The notes beneath the pieces are model-generated. The model was not told the DNA's origin. It searched no databases and saw nothing but the letters and a program-made list of their open reading frames with translations. From contig JAAZBB010000039.1 in NCBI GenBank assembly GCA_012514035.1, positions 2,137-66,136 on the forward strand: a stretch of DNA of 64,000 bases, in the 5' to 3' direction. Below are positions 28,860 to 39,574 of the stretch, piece after piece. Each line of letters opens with the position of its first letter. Position 1 is the first letter of the stretch. The translations under genes were made by a program, and so were the position numbers. This stretch comes from Lentisphaerota bacterium. Lineage in GTDB: Bacteria; Verrucomicrobiota; Kiritimatiellia; CAIQIC01; Lenti-01.

Positions 28860-29479
28860 AAACCAGACGGGACAACCAGACGCGGGCCGTGCAACCGGTG
28901 CAGACCGACCGTTGGCGGCGTGCCGCCCGGACGCTGGCGGCTCTGGTGCTGGGGTGGATCTGCGGCTGCGCCCATACCCAGCCGCTGGTGGAGCCGGCCA
29001 GGTTCCCGGATACTCCCAAGAACTACCGGGTCGGCATCGCCGGCCTCTTTGACGTGAATCATTTCGATTATGCCCCGGTCATGGTGGACGAAGTGCGGCG
29101 GCACCGGGTCTTCACGGGCGTGGAGCTGACCCCGGATCTCGCGGCCCCCGATTGCGACTATGTCATCCGCGGGCATTTCGGTTTTTACCAGGTCGAGACC
29201 AAGAATTCCTTCCACTTCACGTCGATCTATTTCTTCGGCCTGCCCCTGCTGACGGGGTTGCCCAATACGAACCACGACGGGGGCATCGACATCAATTTCG
29301 AAATCTACCACCGCGGCACGCTGCTGAAGACCTACGGCTACCGGGATGTGTTCCGGGATCAGCGGAGCTACCTGACCGTTTGGGATTCCACATCGCTGGA
29401 CCTCGAATTGCGCCGGATGGTCCGTCTGCTGCTCCGGGACGTCTGGAAGGATTTCTTCGGCCACAAGGGGGCGGCATGA
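28856..29479 (+). CDS. Hypothetical lipoprotein.
   Basis: Lipobox WICGC. GTG start that overlaps the upstream stop (GTGA). Confidence 0.45.
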   Translation: MKTRRDNQTRAVQPVQTDRWRRAARTLAALVLGWICGCAHTQPLVEPARFPDTPKNYRVGIAGLFDVNHFDYAPVMVDEVRRHRVFTGVELTPDLAAPDCDYVIRGHFGFYQVETKNSFHFTSIYFFGLPLLTGLPNTNHDGGIDINFEIYHRGTLLKTYGYRDVFRDQRSYLTVWDSTSLDLELRRMVRLLLRDVWKDFFGHKGAA

Positions 29480-30075
29480 TTTTCCGGCTGGCCGCCATCC
29501 TGATGCTTGTGCTGGCCGCAGGTTGCGCGACGAACCTGCAAAAAGGCGACAAAATGCTGGCGATGGGCCGCTATGCGGACGCCCGCCGGTTCTACCAGAC
29601 GGAACTGGACCTGCAGCGCGAAGCGGCTGAACTGCCCCGCTGGACCGGCCAGGAGTACCAGTATCAATTCAACGCCCGCGATGCCGCGCAGGCCATCCTG
29701 GGCGTGGGCCGTAGCTTCGAAAAACAGGATCAGCCGGGTCCGGCCCTCTATCACTATTCCTATTTCACCCAGTTTGCGCTGCGGCACGGGCTGGATGCCG
29801 GCCGGGAAATCAAGGCGATCGAACAATGGATCCGGGAATCCGGCCGCCCGCCCCCGAAAACGGAATCGGACGAGGTGGGGGTGCAGGCGCTGACGGAATC
29901 CAGGAAGCCGGCGGTGCGTTCGGCGCCGGTCGTGGCGCCCGCGCGGAAAGCCGGCAAGCCGACGGCCGCAAGACCGCCAGCCGCCCCGCGCGCGGCCTCC
30001 GTTCCGGCGGATGCACAGAAACCGGCAACGGCAACGGAAACAGACGGGAATGAATCAGATGTCATCTTTTGGTAA
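29476..30075 (+). CDS. Hypothetical lipoprotein with a Pro/Ala-rich C-terminal tail.
   Basis: Lipobox LAAGC. ATGA overlap with the upstream gene. Confidence 0.45.
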   Translation: MIFRLAAILMLVLAAGCATNLQKGDKMLAMGRYADARRFYQTELDLQREAAELPRWTGQEYQYQFNARDAAQAILGVGRSFEKQDQPGPALYHYSYFTQFALRHGLDAGREIKAIEQWIRESGRPPPKTESDEVGVQALTESRKPAVRSAPVVAPARKAGKPTAARPPAAPRAASVPADAQKPATATETDGNESDVIFW

Positions 30076-30913
30076 AGACGGGACACTGCTGCTGCTGGTG
30101 ATCGCCTTGTGCGGGTGCGCGACGCCCCGCGCCTCGGTGCAGCCGGGACTGGATTGCCAGGAACGCGGTGAATATCAAAAGGCTTACGAGTATTTCCAGA
30201 ACCTGGCCCGCCAGCATCCGCGCCAGCTCGAGTTGCAGACCTATGTGGACACGGCCCGCGGCCTGGCGTTCCGGCAGGCGGCCGGGCAGGCCCAGAAGGC
30301 CCTGCAGCGGGGCGATCTGGAGGGCTTCCTGCAGGGGATGAAGCAGGCCAATGCCATCCAACCCGGTGAAAAAGTGCAAGCGGTCATCCAACTGGTGGAG
30401 GCGGCGCGCCTGAAGGGCAATACGGATGCCGAAATCCGCGAGGAACTGTCCCGATCCATGCGCGCCGGCGAACGGCAGAGCCTGCAGCAGGCGCTGCAGG
30501 AGACCGCGGAAATCATCGGCCGGCAGATGCTCGATGGTCGCATCGGCAGTCCCATGGCGGTGCTGAACTTCACCCTCGAAGGTGCTGCCGCCCGGGAATC
30601 CGCCGCCGCTTATTTCGAGAATGCCCTGTCCGAGGCGCTGCTCGGCAACCGCATTGCGATCGTCGAACGGAAAAGAATGGGCGAGGTGATGAAGGAGATT
30701 GCCCTGGCGGGGACGGGTCTGGGGGAGTCCGGCCAGATGGTGCAGGCCGGCCAGCTGACCGGGGCGCTGTCCGTCGCCGCCGGCAACGTTTACCTGTCTG
30801 AATCGGGCGGGAAATACCAGGTCCGGGTGATTGACGTCGAAACGGGGCAGGTCGTCTGGCAGGAGTCACGCGATTTCATGCCTGGAAAGGACATGCTATG
30901 GCTGGGCAGATGA
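30050..30913 (+). CDS. Lipoprotein with a C-terminal CsgG/LpoB-fold domain.
   Basis: Lipobox LCGC. SPMAVLNFT...IAIVERKRMGEVMKEIALAGTGL...GALSVAAGNVYL...QVRVIDVETGQVVW matches the CsgG/LpoB/FlgO-type signature. Confidence 0.55.
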   Translation: MNQMSSFGKDGTLLLLVIALCGCATPRASVQPGLDCQERGEYQKAYEYFQNLARQHPRQLELQTYVDTARGLAFRQAAGQAQKALQRGDLEGFLQGMKQANAIQPGEKVQAVIQLVEAARLKGNTDAEIREELSRSMRAGERQSLQQALQETAEIIGRQMLDGRIGSPMAVLNFTLEGAAARESAAAYFENALSEALLGNRIAIVERKRMGEVMKEIALAGTGLGESGQMVQAGQLTGALSVAAGNVYLSESGGKYQVRVIDVETGQVVWQESRDFMPGKDMLWLGR

Positions 30914-31818
30914 ATAAGTTGTCACGACTTTGCGGGTTCCGGCCCGCCGTATTCCGGGCGGCGGCCTCTCTGGCCCTGGCGCTGGCCGCTGCCGCGGGTG
31001 CCGTTGAACCGCCGGCCTGGTGGAACAATCCCAATCCCGGAACGGCCGAACTGATTTATGAAAGAGGATCCGCAAGCGGATGCCGAACAGAACAGGAAGC
31101 GTGGCACAGGGCATATGACGCCGGATTGGCAATGATCCGGAAGCGAATCACCGATGATACCAATCTCTGGTCCCGGCTCCATCTGGTCGGGACGGACTTT
31201 GCCTTTGACAAGGTGGATCAGGATGCCCTCGGCCGTTGGCATGCCTGGGCGCTGGTTTCCTATCCCAGATCACAATTCGAAACGGCTTTGGCCCGGGCGC
31301 AGGCGGCGGCGGATAAAGGTGCCGAACGTACCCCGATCTATGTGGCTCCGGTTTCATTCGGTCCGGACTCGGAGGAACAGTTTCCCGAGGTTGTGGCGAA
31401 ATACAAGGCCCTGGGCTATGGAAATGCCATTTGGCAGACGGTGGAGGATCTGCTGTATGACCACGGATACGAAATCGTGACCGCTCCCGCGTCCCAAACC
31501 AAAAGCATGCTGGAGCAGATTCTCGGCCAGTTCTCCGCAGATACCGGCGGCCGCGACATCAAACTTCCGGAACTGCTGCTGCTTTGCAACATGAACTTCT
31601 TTGAGGTGAAGACCGAACGCCTTTCCCTGGGAACCCTGGCGCGGAATCAGGAGTATCATGCCGAACTGCTTCTGGAGTTGTACGAGGTCACGGCCCCGCA
31701 CACCAACGTGAAGATTCCCGCCAAAGGCGAGGCCCGGGACAAGGATTTGCTTGCCGCGATTCAGCAGGCGGCGAAGCAGGCCGTGGAGAAACTAGTGGAG
31801 CGCGTTCGAACCAAATGA
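30910..31818 (+). CDS. Secreted protein with an N-terminal EPPAWWNNP motif (LPP20/FlgP-like start).
   Basis: Signal peptide. Paralogous N-terminus to the gene at 33727. ATGA overlap with the previous gene. Confidence 0.45.
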   Translation: MNKLSRLCGFRPAVFRAAASLALALAAAAGAVEPPAWWNNPNPGTAELIYERGSASGCRTEQEAWHRAYDAGLAMIRKRITDDTNLWSRLHLVGTDFAFDKVDQDALGRWHAWALVSYPRSQFETALARAQAAADKGAERTPIYVAPVSFGPDSEEQFPEVVAKYKALGYGNAIWQTVEDLLYDHGYEIVTAPASQTKSMLEQILGQFSADTGGRDIKLPELLLLCNMNFFEVKTERLSLGTLARNQEYHAELLLELYEVTAPHTNVKIPAKGEARDKDLLAAIQQAAKQAVEKLVERVRTK

Positions 31819-32558
31819 ACACATTACGGACAAGCCGGACTCGAGCCGGCATGGCTGGCATCCTGGCGCTTTTCGCGTGCGGATGCGGCGGAATGCAGCA
31901 GCCTCGCCTGGCGGAGCAACTATCCCCGGCCCGGACGCCGGGGGCTCCAGCGGAGAGCATGCCCGTCGTGGTGGGCACTGTCACGGCCCATGTTGAACAA
32001 CCGGCGGATCTGCAGGACGCTGTCTGCCGCTATCTCCGCGACCAGACGGCCGCGGCCATCGCTCGCCATGACGCGTTTGTCCTGGTGCAGACAAACGCGC
32101 CGACGGACTTGCTGTCCGGGTTTGGCGTTGTCACAGCCTCGGCGACGGAGTCGGCCGTTTCCCCGGTGGCCGCCTTTGACGTCGAGGTGCTCCGGATCGA
32201 AGAGAAACTCGGAGCCACGGTCAAGGTCGGGCTGGCCTCCAAACAGCAGAAGCAGGCCGTATGCGAGGTCAAGATCATCATGCGCAGCCTGACCGGGGAC
32301 AGGAATCTGGAAAGCCGTCAAATCGGCAAAGCCGCGAAAGGGGCATGGGGAATCATCGCCGCAGTGGATCGGGACGCCATGAAAGGCGGGGCAGGGGCCT
32401 GGGATATGGACGGCAGCATGATCGGCCTGGCCTGTGCCGACGCCGTGCAAGCCGGGATCAAAAGTATAGAGAAACAAATCCGCCTGCGGTCCATAAAACA
32501 TGGGCAGGGAGTTGAACAGCGGTTGCTAAAGCCGCGCACCGTGATACCAAACAGATAA
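31815..32558 (+). CDS. Hypothetical lipoprotein.
   Basis: Lipobox LFACGC. ATGA overlap with the previous gene. Confidence 0.45.
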   Translation: MNTLRTSRTRAGMAGILALFACGCGGMQQPRLAEQLSPARTPGAPAESMPVVVGTVTAHVEQPADLQDAVCRYLRDQTAAAIARHDAFVLVQTNAPTDLLSGFGVVTASATESAVSPVAAFDVEVLRIEEKLGATVKVGLASKQQKQAVCEVKIIMRSLTGDRNLESRQIGKAAKGAWGIIAAVDRDAMKGGAGAWDMDGSMIGLACADAVQAGIKSIEKQIRLRSIKHGQGVEQRLLKPRTVIPNR

Positions 32559-32576
32559 AACAAGGAGTATGAGATT

Positions 32577-33611
32577 ATGCAGAGAAAAACAAAGGCACAG
32601 TGGACACTCGGGATTGCCATTGGAGTATTCAGTCTTGTTTCCATGGGATGGGCCGCGCCCATTGGTTATGTGGATCCCGATGGATATGAATGTGTCGCCC
32701 CCTGTCCTTATGCGGATCATACACAATGTCCAGAGCCTGCTGAGGACTGGCGCTACGTTGGACGAACGAGCGAGACAAGTACCACGGCTGCAGGAGGTGG
32801 GCAACCGGCGGCCAGTTCAAGCATTGCCGTCAACCAAGTGATCCGCAAGAATATTCTGGTTACAGCCCAGCCAGCGGCCAAGCCGCGGAAACAGGCTCCG
32901 GCGGCGCAACCCGCAGCGGCCCCGGAGGCGGAGACCAAACCGGCCCCGTTCTACGAACAGATGCCGGGGATGGGACGGCTGAGTTCCGGTTCAGCGGATA
33001 TGTTTTACAACAAATGGGAAGTGGGTGAAAGCGACGGTTCCACCATCGGGTTCAATCCTTCGATCACGTGGGGAGAGGAAGCGGAATTGACCTTGACAGC
33101 CCCCCTGCATCTGATTCTTCCTGACGAAGGCGATAACATTTTCGCGGTGGGACTGGACGGGGCATACAAACGGCCGCTGACCGGAAAACTGGATAAATTT
33201 GCCGCCGGCGTGCACGCCTACGGGATGGGATATTTCGGCGGGGATGATACGGCCAGCAACTTTGGCGGTGGTCCGTTTCTGTCTTGGACCTATCGGATCG
33301 ATCCCAAGTGGCTGGCGTCGGCGGGCGGTTTGCTGGAGATCACCAAGCCGGATGAAGGGGATACGTTCGTGGAAATCGTACCGGCCGTGAATCTGGGCTA
33401 CAACGTTTCCGACGACCTGGCCTTGAACGCCTATGTCATCTATTACAAGAATCTGGACAGCGACGTGGACGATGATGCCTATGCCGACCTCGGCCTCGAT
33501 GTCCAATGGATCAAAGGCGGCTGGGCGCTGGCAGGTGGCATCAAGACATCGGCCGGGCTGGACAATGTGGATTCCACCGAAATCCATTTGGGCTCCAGTT
33601 GGATCTTTTAA
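32577..33611 (+). CDS. Outer-membrane beta-barrel protein, the second barrel of the operon.
   Basis: Signal peptide, a Gly/aromatic-rich beta-strand pattern and a C-terminal SSWIF. Confidence 0.5.
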   Translation: MQRKTKAQWTLGIAIGVFSLVSMGWAAPIGYVDPDGYECVAPCPYADHTQCPEPAEDWRYVGRTSETSTTAAGGGQPAASSSIAVNQVIRKNILVTAQPAAKPRKQAPAAQPAAAPEAETKPAPFYEQMPGMGRLSSGSADMFYNKWEVGESDGSTIGFNPSITWGEEAELTLTAPLHLILPDEGDNIFAVGLDGAYKRPLTGKLDKFAAGVHAYGMGYFGGDDTASNFGGGPFLSWTYRIDPKWLASAGGLLEITKPDEGDTFVEIVPAVNLGYNVSDDLALNAYVIYYKNLDSDVDDDAYADLGLDVQWIKGGWALAGGIKTSAGLDNVDSTEIHLGSSWIF

Positions 33612-33726
33612 GGCCGGTCTGGCTTGCGGATTCCGGGCATGCGGTTGATCTCCCGGGGATGAGGCCCCGGGAGATGTGGAGGTGTTGACCAACCCGGTGG
33701 GATGTGAAGCCGCCCAAGGAAGACAG

Positions 33727-34896
33727 ATGATGGACTCTACGATCCGGAATGCCACCGGGAAATGGCTGATTCTGGCCGTGGCCCTTTTCCTGCGATGGGC
33801 GGGAGGGGCCGCGGCCGAACCGCCGGGCTGGTGGAGCAATCCCCGCCGGCATGACGAGGAACATTTGTATTTCAAGGCCAAGGGGGAGAGCGCGGTGTCC
33901 GAGCAGGCGGCGCGCATGGACGCGCTGGAAGGGGTGAAGCGGCTGGTGGAGGAATACCTCGAGGCATCGGGGCCGGTCTCGGCCGGCACGAAGCTGCATG
34001 GCGTCGAAGTCTATGCCGAAACCGCCGAACGAGAGCCCGGGGGGAAGTGGGCGGTCTATATGCTGGGCCGCTATCCCGTGGCGGAATACGAGAAGATCCG
34101 GGGGCGGATCGAATCCGCCGAAGCACTGCGGGAGAATTGGGCCCTGGTCCAGTCGGAACTGGCCCGCAACGAATATTCCAAGGCCGAAGCGCGCCTCAAG
34201 GCGATCATTCGCAGCTATGACCAGTCGCTGTCCCCCGGATTTGCATTGGAAGGCGTGAAACTGGCTTTGGCGGGCCTGTACCGCAAGCTGGATCCTCCGG
34301 CCATACTGGAAGCGCGGAAGTGGATTCAAGATGTGCGGCACACCACGCCCGAGCCCGGTTGGCGCCGACAGGCGGAGGACATGGAACGAGCGTTGCCCGC
34401 AATTTCCCTGCGCGATGCCTTCGGCCCCCGCAAGGTGGGGCTGTTTTGCGTGATCCGCAATGCGGAACCCGTTCGGGTTGCGCCGGAGCTGATGACCGAA
34501 GCGGTCGCGCGGCTGGCCCGCGATGGCGTGGAGGCGGTCCGCCTGGAGCCTGCGGATTTGGCCGCCGCCGCGGCGTTATTCGAAGGGGGCGGTGCCGTAC
34601 CTCTGCTGGCCGCCGCCCGGGCGGTCGGGGCGGATGCCGTCCTGGCCATTCTGGTGGCGATCGATCCCGCCAAAACGGGAAAAACGGAGGTGCATTTCGA
34701 CGTGCCAACGCCCGTTCTGGATGCCACGACCTTTTATCAGGTTATCCGCGCGTCGGATGGGAAGGTGCTCTGTTCGGACAAGACCCAGGGGCTGTCCGGT
34801 TCCGGGATCGGCAAACTCCTCAGCCCGGTTTTCGCCCACCGCAACCATTTGCCCAAACATGCGGCAGCCATCGCCGAGGCCTGGTCCGGGCCTTGA
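33727..34896 (+). CDS. Secreted protein with an N-terminal EPPGWWSNP motif, paralogous to the gene at 30910. It is the last gene of the operon.
   Basis: Signal peptide plus the shared motif. A hairpin follows the gene. Confidence 0.45.
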   Translation: MMDSTIRNATGKWLILAVALFLRWAGGAAAEPPGWWSNPRRHDEEHLYFKAKGESAVSEQAARMDALEGVKRLVEEYLEASGPVSAGTKLHGVEVYAETAEREPGGKWAVYMLGRYPVAEYEKIRGRIESAEALRENWALVQSELARNEYSKAEARLKAIIRSYDQSLSPGFALEGVKLALAGLYRKLDPPAILEARKWIQDVRHTTPEPGWRRQAEDMERALPAISLRDAFGPRKVGLFCVIRNAEPVRVAPELMTEAVARLARDGVEAVRLEPADLAAAAALFEGGGAVPLLAAARAVGADAVLAILVAIDPAKTGKTEVHFDVPTPVLDATTFYQVIRASDGKVLCSDKTQGLSGSGIGKLLSPVFAHRNHLPKHAAAIAEAWSGP

Positions 34897-34925
34897 CGTC
34901 TAGAGCGCATTCAGGTTTTCTGTAG

Positions 34926-34944
34926 CCGGGGGCGTTGACCCCGG
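34926..34944 (+). terminator. Possible hairpin terminator (CCGGGG-gcgttga-CCCCGG) after the operon. There is no U-tract.
   Basis: Direct reading. It lies in a convergent intergenic region of lower GC. Confidence 0.2.
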
Positions 34945-35248
34945 TCGCTAAATCAACAGCCGCCGGCCTCACCGCGGCCAGCTACAACAAATCCGAAAAC
35001 GCCCTATTGTAGGTACAATCAGCATAGCCAGGAATTATCTGTTCGTCACAAAGCGATTTCTCAACTGCATGCTGTGGAAAGCTTGTGGCAGATGTATCAT
35101 GGAATGGCAAGGATGGGCGAATGTACAAGCAAGCCCTGCTCAAAGGCATTGCCGCTGCGCTCAAAGACGGGATGGTCAAGCCGTAGTTCGGACAGCCCTT
35201 GGGCACCAAACCCCGCGCCGGGCGGGCGCCGGGGTATTGGAAATTTCC

Positions 35249-36319
35249 TCAGGGCACAGACCGCGTCAGGTCCACATAGACGAGGTGGTGGTCGGAGACG
35301 TGGCCGTTGACGCCGGGGGGGGTGAGGTTGTTGGTGGTGTCGGTACCGCGTTGGATGGCCTGGGGCGGGGAAACGCGCCAGGGTCCGGCGCCGGTCAGGT
35401 TCCGGGAGGCGAAAATCCGGTCGAAGGCGGAGGGGGGAAAGACGAGGAGCGGATCGCCGGCGTCGCCGGCCTGTCGCGTGGGGATGGTAGTGCGTTCCCC
35501 GATGGGGCGGCCGAGCCAGAGGTCGGCGAAAGCGCCGGCCAGGGGTTCAAGGGAAGGATCGGTGGCGAAAGCCGCGGTTTCCGGGTCCACGTTGGTATCG
35601 CCCAGGATGAGGGTGAAGGTATTGTTGGTGGCGAAGGCATTCTGGCAGGTTTCGGCGATGGCATCGGCGGCGATATGGTGCAGGGCGATGCCGCGCTGGG
35701 CCTGGTTGCGCGGGGCTTCGCCGAAGTTGGATTTGAGATGGATGTTGTAGGTCAGGAGCCGGGAACCGCCGCCGAGGTCGAATTCGGCGGCGAGGGTTCC
35801 GCGGGCGGGGCGGGCAGAGCCGGCAAGGCGATGGAATCCCAACTGCCGGACGTGAACGGGACGCAGGCGGGAGAGCAGGGCGAGGTTCAATTTGTCTTTT
35901 GCGCCGGAGGATTGGTGCAGCTTGGTGAGGTAGATGCAGGCGTAGGGGGACTCGAACTGTTCGTTGAGGAATTCCAGGACGCGCCCGTTTTCGACTTCCT
36001 GCAGCAGCAGGATGTCGGGATCGGCCTCGGCAATGATTTCGGCGGCGGCCTGAGCATGGGCGATGAAGACATCGGGGGTGCGCTCGGGCCCGTCGCGGCG
36101 GCCGTCGGTGAAGTGTTCAAGGTTGTAGGTGGCGATGCGGAGGCGGCCGGGCACGGCGGGGACCGGCGAATCCGCTTCGGGGGCCAGGATGGGTTTGAGC
36201 CGGAGGATGCGCACGCCGGGCCGGGGTTGGGCGAGGAGCCAGAGCAGCAGGACGACGGCGGCCAGCAGGAGGGCATAGAGGGGACGGGCCGGCGAGGAAA
36301 CGGATTTGGTTTTCTTCAT
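35249..36319 (-). CDS. Endonuclease/exonuclease/phosphatase (EEP) family secreted protein.
   Basis: RIATYNLEHF, ILLLQEV, LLTYNIHL and HVSDHHLVYVDL blocks with the catalytic residues. The start is at MKKTKSV, ahead of a transmembrane or signal segment. Confidence 0.7.
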   Translation of the reverse strand: MKKTKSVSSPARPLYALLLAAVVLLLWLLAQPRPGVRILRLKPILAPEADSPVPAVPGRLRIATYNLEHFTDGRRDGPERTPDVFIAHAQAAAEIIAEADPDILLLQEVENGRVLEFLNEQFESPYACIYLTKLHQSSGAKDKLNLALLSRLRPVHVRQLGFHRLAGSARPARGTLAAEFDLGGGSRLLTYNIHLKSNFGEAPRNQAQRGIALHHIAADAIAETCQNAFATNNTFTLILGDTNVDPETAAFATDPSLEPLAGAFADLWLGRPIGERTTIPTRQAGDAGDPLLVFPPSAFDRIFASRNLTGAGPWRVSPPQAIQRGTDTTNNLTPPGVNGHVSDHHLVYVDLTRSVP

Positions 36320-36485
36320 GGCGCCTGTTATCGCGCAAAACCGGGACGGGATGCCAGTCGAAAGCGCACGCATGGTCGGGCGGGGGGCGCCGGTGTCGCC
36401 AGCCGGCCATGGGTGGAGATGGATTGCTGCCGCGGGGGGGCTGTGTTATGGTCTGTCCACTGGGATTCGGGAAGGTGGAAACAGC

Positions 36486-36821
36486 ATGAACAGATGGCGA
36501 TGGGTGGCGGCCTGGGTGGCCTTGGGTACCGGCGTGGCGCAGGCGGATTGGCAGGTGGTGGGGGAATTGACGGCGGGGGGGGCACCCACGGAAGTGGCGC
36601 TGGAGCGTGAGGTCCGGGTCATACAGATCGAATGCACCGCGGGGACAGTCCAGGTGGAGACGCTCTGGGTGCTGGAAGGCGAGGCGGAAAACCCGATTCC
36701 GGTGGCCCGTACCCTGCAGACAGGGGAAGTCCAGGCCATTGATCTGGGCGGTGACCGGGCGCTGACCGGAATCCGGATCCGTGCCGGGGGCGAGGGGGCC
36801 TGCCGCCTCAGCGTGAAATAG
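36486..36821 (+). CDS. Small secreted protein of 111 aa.
   Basis: Signal peptide MNRWRWVAAWVALGTGVAQA. Divergent from the EEP gene. Confidence 0.4.
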   Translation: MNRWRWVAAWVALGTGVAQADWQVVGELTAGGAPTEVALEREVRVIQIECTAGTVQVETLWVLEGEAENPIPVARTLQTGEVQAIDLGGDRALTGIRIRAGGEGACRLSVK

Positions 36822-36852
36822 ACGCCGGGAAACGAAAAATTTTCAAAAACAG

Positions 36853-36880
36853 TTGACAGGGCATCGCGGACGGGTATGAT
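36853..36880 (+). promoter_or_regulatory. Near-consensus sigma70-type promoter, TTGACA-N16-TATGAT, about 160 nt upstream of tRNA-Thr and tuf.
   Basis: Direct reading. The -35 and -10 hexamers match 6/6 and 5/6. Confidence 0.5.
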
Positions 36881-37040
36881 GCCGCGGACATTCGGAAACC
36901 GGCGGTAAGCGGTTCCGGGTGTGAAAATCAGCGTCAGACATAGGATTTAGCGCTTTCCGAGCCTCTCCGGGAAACCTAAGGCACGGTGCGCTTTGTCTTG
37001 TGCCCGTCTGCATATTTGGCGGCGGGATTTGGAGCGGCGA

Positions 37041-37115
37041 GCCTGTGTAGCTCAGTTGGCAGAGCACGTCCTTGGTAAGGACGAGGTCAGCGGTTCAATC
37101 CCGCTCGCAGGCTCC
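37041..37115 (+). tRNA. tRNA-Thr (anticodon GGT).
   Basis: Cloverleaf: 7-bp acceptor stem GCCTGTG/CGCAGGC, anticodon loop TTGGTAA, T-loop GGTTCAATCC and a 3' CCA. Confidence 0.85.
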
Positions 37116-37194
37116 AAGTACAGGATGGACGAAAAGCGGAAGGGCGCCGGCGACGGCGCGGAAATTTAAAAAGGAAACAACAGGGAGACGCCCC

Positions 37195-38403
<1,209 letters not shown>

Positions 38404-38473
38404 AACGGACCGGGGACCCCGGGGGGCGGTGCATCCAGGCCGCCTCCGGTCACCCGCCGCGGGAGTTTGAGCC

Positions 38474-38626
38474 ATGCCAAGGGAAGCGATCACGCTGGCG
38501 TGCACGGAGTGCAAACGACGCAACTACGTGAACAGCCGGAACAAGAAAACGAAAACGGAGCGCCTGGAACTGAAGAAATACTGCCCGGCGGAGCGGAAAC
38601 ACACGCTGCACCGCGAGGCGAAGTAG
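38474..38626 (+). CDS. rpmG: 50S ribosomal protein L33 (50 aa). It is absent from the ORF track because it is short.
   Basis: [50 protein letters not shown] matches the L33 consensus. Confidence 0.8.
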   Translation: MPREAITLACTECKRRNYVNSRNKKTKTERLELKKYCPAERKHTLHREAK

Positions 38627-38656
38627 GGCGCAGCCCGTTTTGGCAGGACAGCCCAC

Positions 38657-38733
38657 AGGCCAGTAGCTCAATTTGGCAGAGCACCGGTCTCCAAAACCGG
38701 TTGTTGGGGGTTCAAGTCCCTCCTGGCCTGCCA
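38657..38733 (+). tRNA. tRNA-Trp (anticodon CCA).
   Basis: Acceptor stem AGGCCAG/CTGGCCT, anticodon loop CTCCAAA, T-loop GGTTCAAGTCC and CCA. It is in the classical position between rpmG and secE. Confidence 0.85.
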
Positions 38734-38787
38734 CCTCGCGCGAACGACAGGCCGACCGGGACACCCGAGACGAAAAGGCGGACAAGG

Positions 38788-38988
38788 ATGAGCAAGATTT
38801 CAGAAAGCATCGGCGGCCTGCGCGGATTCTTCGGCGAGGTGAGCGCCGAGCTGAAGAAGTGTGCATGGCCGACGCGCCCCGAACTGTTTGATTCCACGGT
38901 GGTGGTGATCCTGTCGGTGGGGCTGCTGGCGGGCTTCGTGGCGGCCTGCGACGTGGTGCTGCGCGAGCTCATCCGGCTGGCGATCTAG
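38788..38988 (+). CDS. secE: Preprotein translocase subunit SecE.
   Basis: 66 aa with a single transmembrane helix. It lies between tRNA-Trp and nusG. Confidence 0.8.
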   Translation: MSKISESIGGLRGFFGEVSAELKKCAWPTRPELFDSTVVVILSVGLLAGFVAACDVVLRELIRLAI

Positions 38989-39006
38989 GCGAAGGGCGGC
39001 CGCGTC

Positions 39007-39558
39007 ATGGAACAAAAGTGGTACGTGCTGCATGTCCTCTCCGGGCAGGAGGGAAAGGTGCGGGAAAATCTCGAGAAGCGCAAGCAGATCGAGGAGATGC
39101 AGGACTACGTCGGCGAGGTGCTGATTCCGACGGAGAAGGTTTCGGAGGTCAAGCAGGGCAAGCGGACCACCCAGACCCGGAAGTTCTTTCCGGGCTACGT
39201 GCTGATCCAGATGGCCCTGTACGATGAGGACAAGAAGCTGATGGAGAAGCCCTGGGCGTTCATCCAGGCGACACCGGGGGTGATCGGATTCATCGGCGGC
39301 GACCATCCCGTGCCCCTGCGCCCCGACGAGGTGGAGAAGATTTTGCAGCAGATCGAGGAGAAGAAGGAGCGGGTGAAGCCCAAGGTGGTGTTCGAACCCG
39401 GCGAGTCGGTGAAGATCACCGACGGCCCGTTCCTGAGTTTCAGCGGTCTGGTGGAGGAAGTGGATCCCGAGCGCGGGAAACTGAAGGTCTCGGTTTCGAT
39501 CTTCGGGCGGACGGCGCCGGTCGAACTGGAATATTGGCAGGTGGAAAGGGGCGAATAG
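39007..39558 (+). CDS. nusG: Transcription termination/antitermination factor NusG.
   Basis: NGN domain ([11 protein letters not shown]) and a KOW domain. Confidence 0.9.
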   Translation: MEQKWYVLHVLSGQEGKVRENLEKRKQIEEMQDYVGEVLIPTEKVSEVKQGKRTTQTRKFFPGYVLIQMALYDEDKKLMEKPWAFIQATPGVIGFIGGDHPVPLRPDEVEKILQQIEEKKERVKPKVVFEPGESVKITDGPFLSFSGLVEEVDPERGKLKVSVSIFGRTAPVELEYWQVERGE

Positions 39559-39574
39559 GCCCGGGCGGACAGAT

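Noticed and set aside
35110-35175. A 21-aa ORF (MYKQALLKGIAAALKDGMVKP) in the low-GC convergent gap after the operon.
   Set aside because: The predicted peptide forms a plausible amphipathic helix, but there is no ribosome-binding site, no conservation evidence, and the ORF is very short. It cannot be supported from sequence alone.
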